A stretch of 64,000 nt of DNA from an uncultured Pseudomonadota bacterium (lineage in GTDB: Bacteria > Myxococcota_A > Polyangia > Fen-1088): contig CAWKBC010000029.1 in the NCBI GenBank assembly GCA_963847705.1, forward strand, positions 128,001 through 192,000. Reading direction: 5' to 3'. The notes under the pieces were generated by a model. It saw only the letters and a program-made list of their open reading frames with translations. It had not been told where the DNA came from and searched no databases. Position numbers and translations under genes: made by a program. Of this stretch, positions 17,518 through 25,825 are shown one piece after another; position 1 is the first letter of the stretch, and each line of letters begins with the position of its first letter.

Positions 17518-19527
17518 CTAGCGTCCGGGGCCAAACCGCGCGAGAGGGTCGCCAAGCGGTAGGCGTTCTGGCTCGTCGCGATGGCGCCCTTCGAGCCTGC
17601 GCAATCGGTCGTCCTGCCGTCTGAGGTGTTCAGCGAGGCGGTCTCCTGGCACACCAAACGCAACGGCCGCCGTCCGCTTCGCGTACGCATCCCAATCGCG
17701 CATCTCGTCTGGCCGAACAGCAGGCGCGGCCTCCTTGATCGCCCGCACGATCTCGCCCCGGTGGTGGCCAGTAAGGCGCATGCGGACAGCGATCTCGGCA
17801 TCGACCCGCGACGGGTGGATGGGCTGACCTGGGTGCTCCCGGGTGACATCCGCGAGGTGACGCCGATAGACCGCCGCCGCCGTGCGAGTCTCCGCTATCC
17901 CGGCCGGTCGGCGATCGCGATCCGTCCGGTGCTCTCTTGCGGGTGTGCGAATCCGCTCCCGCTCCGCGGCAAGGGCATGCTGGAGCTCCGGGTTCGCGAT
18001 ATTGAAGCCGTGCTCTGCAGCCAGTTCGACGCACATTCTCTGGAACAGCTCTTTTCCGCGGACGGTGAAGGCACCCCACTTCTGGGCGCTCAGTTGAAGG
18101 GCGGCGAGGACGCTTTCCCTTCGGTTGCTGTCATAGATGTCGATCTTCTTACCCCTGTCCGTGAAGGCCGGGGAGGCGCGCTCGCCGACGCGATGATAGT
18201 GGACGTGCCAACCTTCAGCGAGCGCAGCGAACGCCCGGATGTCCTGGGGCGCCGGGCGCTCGAAGGTCAGCCCCTCTATGCCGGCCGGCTGTCGTTCTCG
18301 ATGTCGCCACTCCTGCGCGAGTTCGTGGTCCCTGTGACGCAGCCATTCCTCGTAGCTCGGGAACCGTCCCAGTTCCCTTTGCGGCTCGCCGCACTCCAGT
18401 TTTTGGCGATCACGCTGCTCCGCCCTTTCCTGCGCCTGACGGGCGGCGAGCATGCTCCGGGCCGCGTTGAGGAGCGCCCCACGACCTTTCCACGACCCGC
18501 GGAAGATCTCGGTCCGCTCCCGCCGATGCCGGGCGGCCATGCGTCTCCCGTCCTCCCGCTGCTGCTCCCGGTGAGCCCCACGCTCTCCGTAGTGACGGCC
18601 ACGCGCCTCGATGTACTGCTTCCAGCCATAAGCGCTCGGTGTGATCGGCTCTGGAGTTCGGAGGGGTGTCATCACCCTGGCGGCATCCTTCGTCAGCTCG
18701 AACTCTCCGAGGCGCTTCTGCAGCGCCGACATCGAGCAGTCGCGGCCGGCGCTGCTGGCCTTCACCGGCTGATCGCCGACCCACAGAATCGCTCCCGAGC
18801 CCTTCCTCTCGAAGCGCATTCCCTTCTCGGCCAAGACCTCATGCATCTCCCTCCAGCTCCGAGCCGCGCGGATAGCGGGCGCTCCGTCCTCGATGGCCAC
18901 CCGCTCGGCGCTCCGCGCGCCCACCCGCTCTTCGAAATTGCGGGCTCGGGCGGACGGTTTGCGTTCTTCCTCGCCGCGCGGTCGATCGCGCTCAACGCGC
19001 CCGTCCTCCTGCACCCGGAACAGACCGCGGTCCTCCCTCTGCCACCCCTGAGAGTTCTCGATGCGAGCGATCGCCCGGTGGGCGACCTCGTGGTCGAACC
19101 CGTTGTTCACGGTGGCTAGCTTCTCGGTCTCTGGGTGAACACGGTTGACGGCCATGTGGAGGTGCCAGTTCTCCGTGTCGCGGTGCAGCCCGTAGAGCGC
19201 CTGGTGCTCGGCCAAGCCCATCTCATCCAGGAACATCCTCGCCGCCTGATCAGCCTGGGCCGACGTCGGCTGCTCTCCCTCCTTCCAGCTCATGATCCAG
19301 TGCTGTACTGGCTGGGGGCTGCCCATGGCCAGGTCCGCCAAGTCGATCATCTCCTGCACCTGTTCCTCGTGATCGAGGTTCAGGAGGTTCAGGGAGCCCC
19401 GGTGCTCCACCTTCTCACCAGCGCCGCCGGCACCGGGGCCGGCGATGTAGTCGGCCAGGGCGCGCACGTGGGCAGCCTTGCTCTTGGGCGCCCCGACCTT
19501 CGATCGCGCGACCTTCTTGACGATCAG
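17518..19527 (-). CDS. mobA: MOBP (TraI/MobA) relaxase with LPD7-like and RepB-C-like helical domains
   Basis: (L)IVKKV...ALADYI (catalytic Tyr), HWIMSW, LHRDTENWHLHMAVNRVHP (3H motif), FTDRGKKI...AALQLSAQKWG. Likely CTG start at 19527. Confidence 0.9.
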   Translation of the reverse strand: MIVKKVARSKVGAPKSKAAHVRALADYIAGPGAGGAGEKVEHRGSLNLLNLDHEEQVQEMIDLADLAMGSPQPVQHWIMSWKEGEQPTSAQADQAARMFLDEMGLAEHQALYGLHRDTENWHLHMAVNRVHPETEKLATVNNGFDHEVAHRAIARIENSQGWQREDRGLFRVQEDGRVERDRPRGEEERKPSARARNFEERVGARSAERVAIEDGAPAIRAARSWREMHEVLAEKGMRFERKGSGAILWVGDQPVKASSAGRDCSMSALQKRLGEFELTKDAARVMTPLRTPEPITPSAYGWKQYIEARGRHYGERGAHREQQREDGRRMAARHRRERTEIFRGSWKGRGALLNAARSMLAARQAQERAEQRDRQKLECGEPQRELGRFPSYEEWLRHRDHELAQEWRHRERQPAGIEGLTFERPAPQDIRAFAALAEGWHVHYHRVGERASPAFTDRGKKIDIYDSNRRESVLAALQLSAQKWGAFTVRGKELFQRMCVELAAEHGFNIANPELQHALAAERERIRTPAREHRTDRDRRPAGIAETRTAAAVYRRHLADVTREHPGQPIHPSRVDAEIAVRMRLTGHHRGEIVRAIKEAAPAVRPDEMRDWDAYAKRTAAVAFGVPGDRLAEHLRRQDDRLRRLEGRHRDEPERLPLGDPLARFGPGR

Positions 19528-19847
19528 GACGCGCCTCCGTCGCCGACCGCGAGGCGGGCAATGGCGGCGCGCAAGCCGGCTAGTGCGGCAGCTGTCTCAC
19601 GGCTGTAAGCGCCACAGCTCTCGCCGTGGACCAGCTTGAGCAGGCCACCCAGGCGCCGCAGCTCACGGATGGTCGTCGCGTCGGTACGCGATACGACGGG
19701 CCGGCCCAAAGCGCGCGCCCGCACGAGCTCCGCGACCGCAACGCCCGCGGTATCGGCTACCTCGCGGAGCCTGGCCTTCTCGGCGGGCGCCACGCGCACG
19801 TCGAGACGCACCGTGAGCCCGGAGGCACCCTTCTTAGCGAATGGCAT
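19524..19847 (-). CDS. mobB: Relaxosome accessory RHH protein (TraJ/MobB-like)
   Basis: RLDVRVAPAEKARLREVADTAGVAVAELVRARALGRPV...IRELRRLGGLLK; stop overlaps the relaxase start. Confidence 0.88.
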   Translation of the reverse strand: MPFAKKGASGLTVRLDVRVAPAEKARLREVADTAGVAVAELVRARALGRPVVSRTDATTIRELRRLGGLLKLVHGESCGAYSRETAAALAGLRAAIARLAVGDGGAS

Positions 19848-19962
19848 CGGCGTCGCTTCCGATCTGACTGCTGCGAGAAGCGAATGCGCCGAGCAGCTCC
19901 GGGGCCGCCTCTGACGGCGCCTCGAACGAGAGAAGCGAAGCGCCGAGCGGTCGGGGCGTCGC

Positions 19963-20022
19963 GGGGCTTGGGAGGACACGTGCGGCGCCAGCCGCATGTG
20001 TCCGGACAAGCCCCCATCCTGC
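19963..20022 (+). other. oriT, RP4/MOBP type; nic predicted between 20021 and 20022
   Basis: Inverted repeat ggggcttg..ggacac.tgcggc/gccgca.gtgtcc..caagcccc directly followed by CATCCTG^C, matching the YATCCTG^Y consensus; lies between divergent mob genes. Confidence 0.85.
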
Positions 20023-20325
20023 TATCCGCCTCCCCCCACTCGGTGATGGCAGCGGTGAATGCGCGTTCGTCACCATCTTCTAATCGGCCAGATGCAACGA
20101 GATGTTTCTGCCAGCGGTGGCTCTTGGCCTTCGGTGGCAGGGCTGAACGCAGCTAACGGATCGGCGGTAGGAGAAAAGGATCCGCAGTGGCGACCCTCGT
20201 CACGTCGCTCCGGTGGCCGGATCCACATCGGAGAGGAAACATTGCTCGTCGTCTGGCCGATAAGTCATTGAGAGCCGAAACGCAGATTCCTGTCCTGCGG
20301 CTCGAGGAATTAACCGGAGACACCC

Positions 20326-20733
20326 ATGACGTACACGCTCGAACAGACCGAGGGAATGGTGAGCGCGCTCCGCGCTCTGCCGGCGATGGACAGCTCGACA
20401 CGCAGGCTGACCAAACAGGCGGTGGTCAAACGCCTGGCACGGGAGATCGCAGCCCTGCAAACCCGCGGATACACCATTGAGAAAATCGTCGGATGCCTAC
20501 ACGGCATCGGACTCGAGATCACCACTCCGACGCTGAAGAGCTATCTGCAGAGGGTCAAGAAACGGCGTGGCACCGACGCGCCCAAGAGGCAGAGCCGTCG
20601 CGTGTCGGCGGCTACGCCGCCGACGCGCGAGCGGGAGACGCCGGCACCCGCGGTGACGGAGCCGAAGGCCGACGGGGCCGCACAACGGAGCGGCAAGGAT
20701 GCATTCCTCGTGAAGGACAAAGACACCTACTAA
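20326..20733 (+). CDS. mobC: MobC/TraK-like DNA-binding protein
   Basis: TKQAVVKRLAREIAALQTRGYTIEKIVGCL..IGLEITTPTLKSYL; first gene divergent from oriT, as in pTF-FC2. Confidence 0.75.
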   Translation: MTYTLEQTEGMVSALRALPAMDSSTRRLTKQAVVKRLAREIAALQTRGYTIEKIVGCLHGIGLEITTPTLKSYLQRVKKRRGTDAPKRQSRRVSAATPPTRERETPAPAVTEPKADGAAQRSGKDAFLVKDKDTY

Positions 20734-20747
20734 CGAAAGGATCGGAC

Positions 20748-21431
20748 ATGTCGAAATCAATCCTTCTGGTCGGCGGTGGCAAGGGCGGAGTCGGCAAATC
20801 GCTGCTCTCGATGACCGTCGTGGACTACCTGGATGGCGCCGGAAGCGGACCATTCCTGGTCGAGACGGATACCTCCGTCCCCGACGTCTACAAGACTTAC
20901 AAGGACGCTGTCGGTGGCGAGTTGGTGAACCTCGATGAACGCGAAGGTTGGATCGACCTGGTGAATCTGGTCGAGAGCAAGCCGGAAAGCACCATCGTCA
21001 TCAACACGGGGGCACGCAATCAGACCGGCATCAGCAACTTCGGCAGGACCCTCGGGAAGGCGTTGCCGCAGCTAAAGAGGAAGCTCGTCGTCCTCTGGCT
21101 GATAGATCGAAAACGGGAGAGCCTGGAACTGCTGGCGGATTTCACGGAGGCACTCCCGGAGGCAGAGATGCACGTCGTCCGGAACATGTACCTAGGGACG
21201 GAAAGGAAGTTCGAGCTCTACAACGGCTCGAAGATGAAGGCGACGATCGAGAAGTCAGGGGGCAAGTCACTGAACTTCCCGGAGCTGGCGGATCGGGTCA
21301 CGGACGCGATGAACAAAGGACGGCTGACGATCGCGAAGGCCTCTGTGGAGCTGTCGCTGGGGGATCGGATGGAGCTGGAACGGTGGCGGGAGGAATGCAG
21401 GGTGATGCTCACGGAGGCAATCCGTGAGTGA
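20748..21431 (+). CDS. mobD: MobD/TraL-like deviant Walker A ATPase
   Basis: GGGKGGVGKS, VETDTSVPDV and VINTGAR motifs; start ATG 20748 after GAAAGG. Confidence 0.85.
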   Translation: MSKSILLVGGGKGGVGKSLLSMTVVDYLDGAGSGPFLVETDTSVPDVYKTYKDAVGGELVNLDEREGWIDLVNLVESKPESTIVINTGARNQTGISNFGRTLGKALPQLKRKLVVLWLIDRKRESLELLADFTEALPEAEMHVVRNMYLGTERKFELYNGSKMKATIEKSGGKSLNFPELADRVTDAMNKGRLTIAKASVELSLGDRMELERWREECRVMLTEAIRE

Positions 21432-22071
21432 GTTGGATGACAGCTTCGCGGCGCTTCTGGGGAGGCAACCGAGCGACCGCGAGCGGCAAAATCTCTACCG
21501 GGTCCGCGACGCTCTGAAGCTCAAGAACAACGACGCCGTATGGCTGCTGCTGATGGCGCTCGAACACTACGACACGCGCTACAGCCAATATCCCGCGTAC
21601 ATGGTGGCGGCTGCGAAGGAGATCACCAAGGACGTCCGAGAGACGGCTCTGGCGCAAGCTCGCGCCGCCACGGCGGAGACGACTAAGGCCCTCGCGCACG
21701 CGGTGGCGGCAGCCGCCACTGCATCGGCCAAGAAGGCAGCCGGAGCGCAGATGTTGAAGTGGGCCACGGGTTGCTTCCTGGCGGCGCTGGGATGCATCTC
21801 GACGATCGGTTGGTGGGCACACGGCAGGGGTCATCGGGCGGGGTACGCCGTCGGGTACGAGGCAGCCAGAGACAAATACGAGAATGCCGCTGCGATAGCG
21901 TCGTGGGCGAACACCCCGGAAGGACGGCTCGCGTACGGGCTCGCGAAGGGAGGCGGCCTCCGCGAACTCGCAACGTGCTCCGGCCACGGATGGGTGGAGC
22001 GAGAGGGAATGTGCTACCCGAGTAATAAGACGCACGGCTGGCGGTTACCCGCGGGCTCCCCCGACCAATAG
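21424..22071 (+). CDS. mobE: MobE/TraM-like membrane protein
   Basis: LYRVRDALKLKNNDAVWLLLMALEHY, a coiled region and one TM helix; overlaps the mobD stop. Confidence 0.7.
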   Translation: MSELDDSFAALLGRQPSDRERQNLYRVRDALKLKNNDAVWLLLMALEHYDTRYSQYPAYMVAAAKEITKDVRETALAQARAATAETTKALAHAVAAAATASAKKAAGAQMLKWATGCFLAALGCISTIGWWAHGRGHRAGYAVGYEAARDKYENAAAIASWANTPEGRLAYGLAKGGGLRELATCSGHGWVEREGMCYPSNKTHGWRLPAGSPDQ

Positions 22072-22225
22072 CTAGAGCGCCGCTTGGGCGGGTGACTCGT
22101 CGAAGGCTCTCGCCGCGAGTACCAGCGGACCACGCCGGGCTGGTTTCGCGCAGATCGGGCCGGTGCTTCCTAACCGCGGCGGATCCTCGAGAATGAGACC
22201 GCGGTGGGTCGAGTTTACGGACGCT

Positions 22226-22765
22226 CTATGAGCGTGTGACGGTCACCGTCCCGGTCACGCCCTGACCGGTGACATAGAGGGAGGTATTCATGACCGTTCC
22301 ATCGCGAAGCAACGACGCCTCGATTTGATAAGAATCAACCCACAGTTCAAGCGAGCCCCCGTCGAACGTCGTCCCGAAGACGATGAAGTCCCCGGAGAGT
22401 GGAGCGTTCATCAGCGACGGATCGCCGGAGATGAAGGTGATTGCCAGAGGCATCGAGCTGATGTCTTCGCAGGCGGCTGCGCTCTTGACCAGCGTCCGGC
22501 TACCACAGGCTTGGGCCGCGCGGATCAACGAGCGCCCCGACGCCTGTGCAGTCGCACCCGGCGGGTTGTCCGCCTCGTCGAACCGAACGGTCATCGCGGT
22601 CGACGTACCACCGTTGGGCGTGATGGTGAACGTCCAGTTCCCGGTGATCGCCGCTACCATCTCGGTCGCGCCGTACTGAAACTGCGGCTCGTCAGGGCTG
22701 GCGCAACCGAGGTTGGGATTGAGCAAGAAGGCCGCGATAGGGACAAGCCACAATAAGTTACGCAT
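22226..22765 (-). CDS. Hypothetical lipoprotein (IME cargo)
   Basis: Signal peptide with LGC lipobox; beta-rich sequence. Confidence 0.7.
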   Translation of the reverse strand: MRNLLWLVPIAAFLLNPNLGCASPDEPQFQYGATEMVAAITGNWTFTITPNGGTSTAMTVRFDEADNPPGATAQASGRSLIRAAQACGSRTLVKSAAACEDISSMPLAITFISGDPSLMNAPLSGDFIVFGTTFDGGSLELWVDSYQIEASLLRDGTVMNTSLYVTGQGVTGTVTVTRS

Positions 22766-22914
22766 GAGCCGATTGTGCGCTGGCGGGGATCCCGGCGCAA
22801 CCGCCGCGGGACGACGCCCCGCCCTGTTTCAGGCTTTCTCCGCGAGACGGTGAGTGCCCGCCGGTCTTCCGATACCGCCCACGCGCCACACCTGGTCCGA
22901 AGGATTGGTTCGGG

Positions 22915-23667
22915 TCAGATTGCTTGGCAGGCAATCATTGCAAAGCCACTCGTCTCGCTGCACTGGCACTGCTCCCCGCATGCGAACCCAGAATTGCAGA
23001 AGCAAGCGCAAGTTGGATCGTGTGCGCAAGCGGGTTCCACGCCGGTTTCAAAGGCTCTGCATGACGCAGTCGCTCGGCCGGTGGTGTTCGGATGCGGGAG
23101 GGCGATGTAGCAATAGGTCTGCCCGACGACGCAGGTTGGCGGCGAGCCGGCGTCGGGGGCGGCCACCATGCCCCCGTCCGCCGTGAAGCCGAATCCGCCG
23201 GCGCACGCGTAAGGCGTCCCCTGCGCGGCGGCACCGTCCCCGCCGGAAGAGCCGGAGAGCCCAGCGGCACCGCCGGTCGCTCCCCCGAGGCCGCCGACCC
23301 CTCCGGACCCTGAGCTCCCACCAATCCCGCCGCCGCCTCCGGAACCGACGCTCCCGCCGGTCGCGCCTCCGGTGCCGCCGATGATGCACTGGGATATCGA
23401 CGGTTCCTCAATCGTGCCCGCGGGGCAGACCCAGGTCCCTGTGCTCGCGCAAATGTAAGGTTCGGTCACAGGGTCGTGGTCTACGAGCGCCAGGCAGCAG
23501 ACGCTCGACAGGAGGGTCTTAGGGCAGACACTCGAGCCGCCGCTCCCGCCGCTTCCGCCCGACAAAGAGCTTCCGCACCCGATGGTGAAGAGGAGCGCCG
23601 CGAGATGGACGACGCGTCCACGGGGACCGCGTTCGAACGATCGGCGACCCGGCACGGAATTAGCCAT
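22915..23667 (-). CDS. Cys-rich, Gly-linker lipoprotein (IME cargo)
   Basis: TIGC lipobox, GGSGG linkers and two Cys-rich modules. Confidence 0.72.
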   Translation of the reverse strand: MANSVPGRRSFERGPRGRVVHLAALLFTIGCGSSLSGGSGGSGGSSVCPKTLLSSVCCLALVDHDPVTEPYICASTGTWVCPAGTIEEPSISQCIIGGTGGATGGSVGSGGGGGIGGSSGSGGVGGLGGATGGAAGLSGSSGGDGAAAQGTPYACAGGFGFTADGGMVAAPDAGSPPTCVVGQTYCYIALPHPNTTGRATASCRAFETGVEPACAHDPTCACFCNSGFACGEQCQCSETSGFAMIACQAI

Positions 23668-24465
23668 TTCCGATTGTGAAGCAACAACCGGACCCGAGAT
23701 AACCCCCCCGAAACTCCGGGCCCGGCGCCGAGATCAACCGGACAAGCGCCGGCACAACGCGACAGAACTGTCGCGGGTCCGTGATGAAGCCTGCGGCGAC
23801 GGAACAACAGGGACGTCTAGGCTCATGCCGCTTTTTACCGCCGACGCCCGTCGCGTCTTCCGATCTCGGCCGGGCACTACGCCTGGGTCGAAGGGCTAGG
23901 AGCCGCGCACCGATAGCCCCGGCGGAAATCGGGAGCCCCCGCAAAACAAGCGGCTCAATTTCCTGCGAGTTGCCGAGAAGTTGGACAAAGGCGATCGAAG
24001 ACCTCACCCCCCCAAAAGAGTTCGTCGCTTTCGCTGTTCAGTTGTCGAGAACTCCGTTTGAAGGACCAGATCTCATGAGAAACAGGAATAGGACCGGTCT
24101 GATCGGTCTCTTCCAAGGTTTTCGAAGGGGAAACACTGGAAAAGAAATGGGAAAGCCGCTTTCCGCCGCCAACCCGGCATTCCTGTTGACCGCAAGCCGA
24201 CCCAATCCTCGGCACGGCGGCTGCGACCACTCTCGCCCGGATGAACGGCAGGACGCAGAACGAGGCCTTGCCGGCCGAGGCTCTCGGAGGCTTGCGACCC
24301 CGCTAGGTCAAAAATTCTGCGGTTGGCCGAGAACCCCCGGTGGAAGGAGATTCCCATGAGGACCGGCAACCCAGCTCGATCTCGCCCGAAGGACGATCAC
24401 GACGGCCCATCCAAGCAGGGTCGGGGCCATTTCATCCGTTGTTTCGTGAGACGGGGTGAACAGCC

Positions 24466-25263
24466 ATGAAACCCAAGACGAACGCCGTGCGTGACGAATT
24501 GATCACGTCTCATCTGCACATCGCCCGATCGCTCGCTCGTACTCTCCACTCCTCGATCGGAAAGTGTGTGGCGCTTGAAGATCTTGTCGCCTATGGCGAC
24601 AAAGGTCTTGTCGAAGCGGCCTCCCGATTCGATTGCACCAAGGGCGTTCCTTTCAGCGCATTTGCGTGGCGCCGTGTTGAAGGATCGATCGTAGACGGGA
24701 TCCGCGCCCACAGCCCTCTTAGCCGCCGCGCCTACGAGCGTCTTCGCACCAAACAGGCGCGCCCAGCGAACGATACTGGGACCGAGGTCCTCCTGACACC
24801 TGATCTCCCCGCGAAGGAAGACAGTGACTCCCGGCGCGCCGAGACAACCGAACCAGGCGAGGCTTGCCACGACGCCCGCTGGAACGGCCGCCGAATGGCT
24901 CACCTCCCAGTCGCTGAGGACGATTCGCTAGAGGTGCTCGTCGTCGCCGAGCTCCGACGCCTGCCCGAACGCGAGCGGCGCGTCCTCCATCTCTGTTACT
25001 ACCGCGGCAAGACCCTGACAGGGGCCGCCCTTGAGATGGGGAATGGCCGCTCGTGGGCCTCGCGCCTGCACGCCGAGGGACTTGCCACCCTCCGGGCCGC
25101 CATCGAAACGAGCGATTCCGTCTCCCTACCGTCAACGCACGCCTCGCGGAAACATCGGCTCGCGGCAAGCCGACATCAGGAGAACACCACCGACCGAGAG
25201 GACGCCGACCGCGACGGTCGGTCACTCGCCACGCCAAAGCCAGGCGACGGGGATCCGCTGTGA
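24466..25263 (+). CDS. Sigma-70 family factor, FliA/WhiG (sigma-28)-like
   Basis: Region 2 LEDLVAYGDKGLVEAASRFDCTKGVPFSAFAWRRVEGSIVDGIR; region 4 LPERERRVLHLCYYRGKTLTGAALEMGNGRSWASRLHAEGL. Confidence 0.85.
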   Translation: MKPKTNAVRDELITSHLHIARSLARTLHSSIGKCVALEDLVAYGDKGLVEAASRFDCTKGVPFSAFAWRRVEGSIVDGIRAHSPLSRRAYERLRTKQARPANDTGTEVLLTPDLPAKEDSDSRRAETTEPGEACHDARWNGRRMAHLPVAEDDSLEVLVVAELRRLPERERRVLHLCYYRGKTLTGAALEMGNGRSWASRLHAEGLATLRAAIETSDSVSLPSTHASRKHRLAASRHQENTTDREDADRDGRSLATPKPGDGDPL

Positions 25264-25411
25264 CACTTGCGGCATTTCCACCGGGATTGACTTGCGATGC
25301 CGTCCGGTGGGAGCTGCGGACATTGAATCGCGAGCATGTTCTTCTATCGGCGACGGGCGGCGCCGGTTGCGCGACCGATCCCCAGATTCGGCAGGGATTG
25401 GAGGTCTCGCG

Positions 25412-25762
25412 GTGAGCCTGTTCGACGAAAAGGTGCTCCGAGACATCGTGGCCGACGAGCTCCGCCGAGTCCTGCGCGAAGAAAGAGGCGAGTACAGGCG
25501 ACCGGCCAATGACGGTGAATACCTGCCGGTTGCCGAAGCAGCAGGCCGAGCGGCCGTCGCGCCAGCGACGATCCGAACATGGATGGCCCAAGGAAGACTT
25601 GGTCGTTACCACGCAGGACGGGAACTGCGGGTTCTCTGGTCAGAGCTGGCCAGCTTGATGCGCAAGCCGCCCAAGAAGTCGGATGGCGCCGAGGGCGACC
25701 GGATGACGCCCGAAGAGGAAGCGGCCGTCTACCTTCAGCGACGGCGCAAGCGAGCGACGTGA
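25412..25762 (+). CDS. xis: Excisionase (MerR-like HTH)
   Basis: EYLPVAEAAGRAAVAPATIRTWMAQGRL; directly upstream of int; GTG start after GGAGG. Confidence 0.82.
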   Translation: MSLFDEKVLRDIVADELRRVLREERGEYRRPANDGEYLPVAEAAGRAAVAPATIRTWMAQGRLGRYHAGRELRVLWSELASLMRKPPKKSDGAEGDRMTPEEEAAVYLQRRRKRAT

Positions 25763-25825
25763 GTCGCAAAGGTGATCTCCATCGACGACAACGCCGACGA
25801 AGATCGGCAGACTAGGAGGTGAGCC

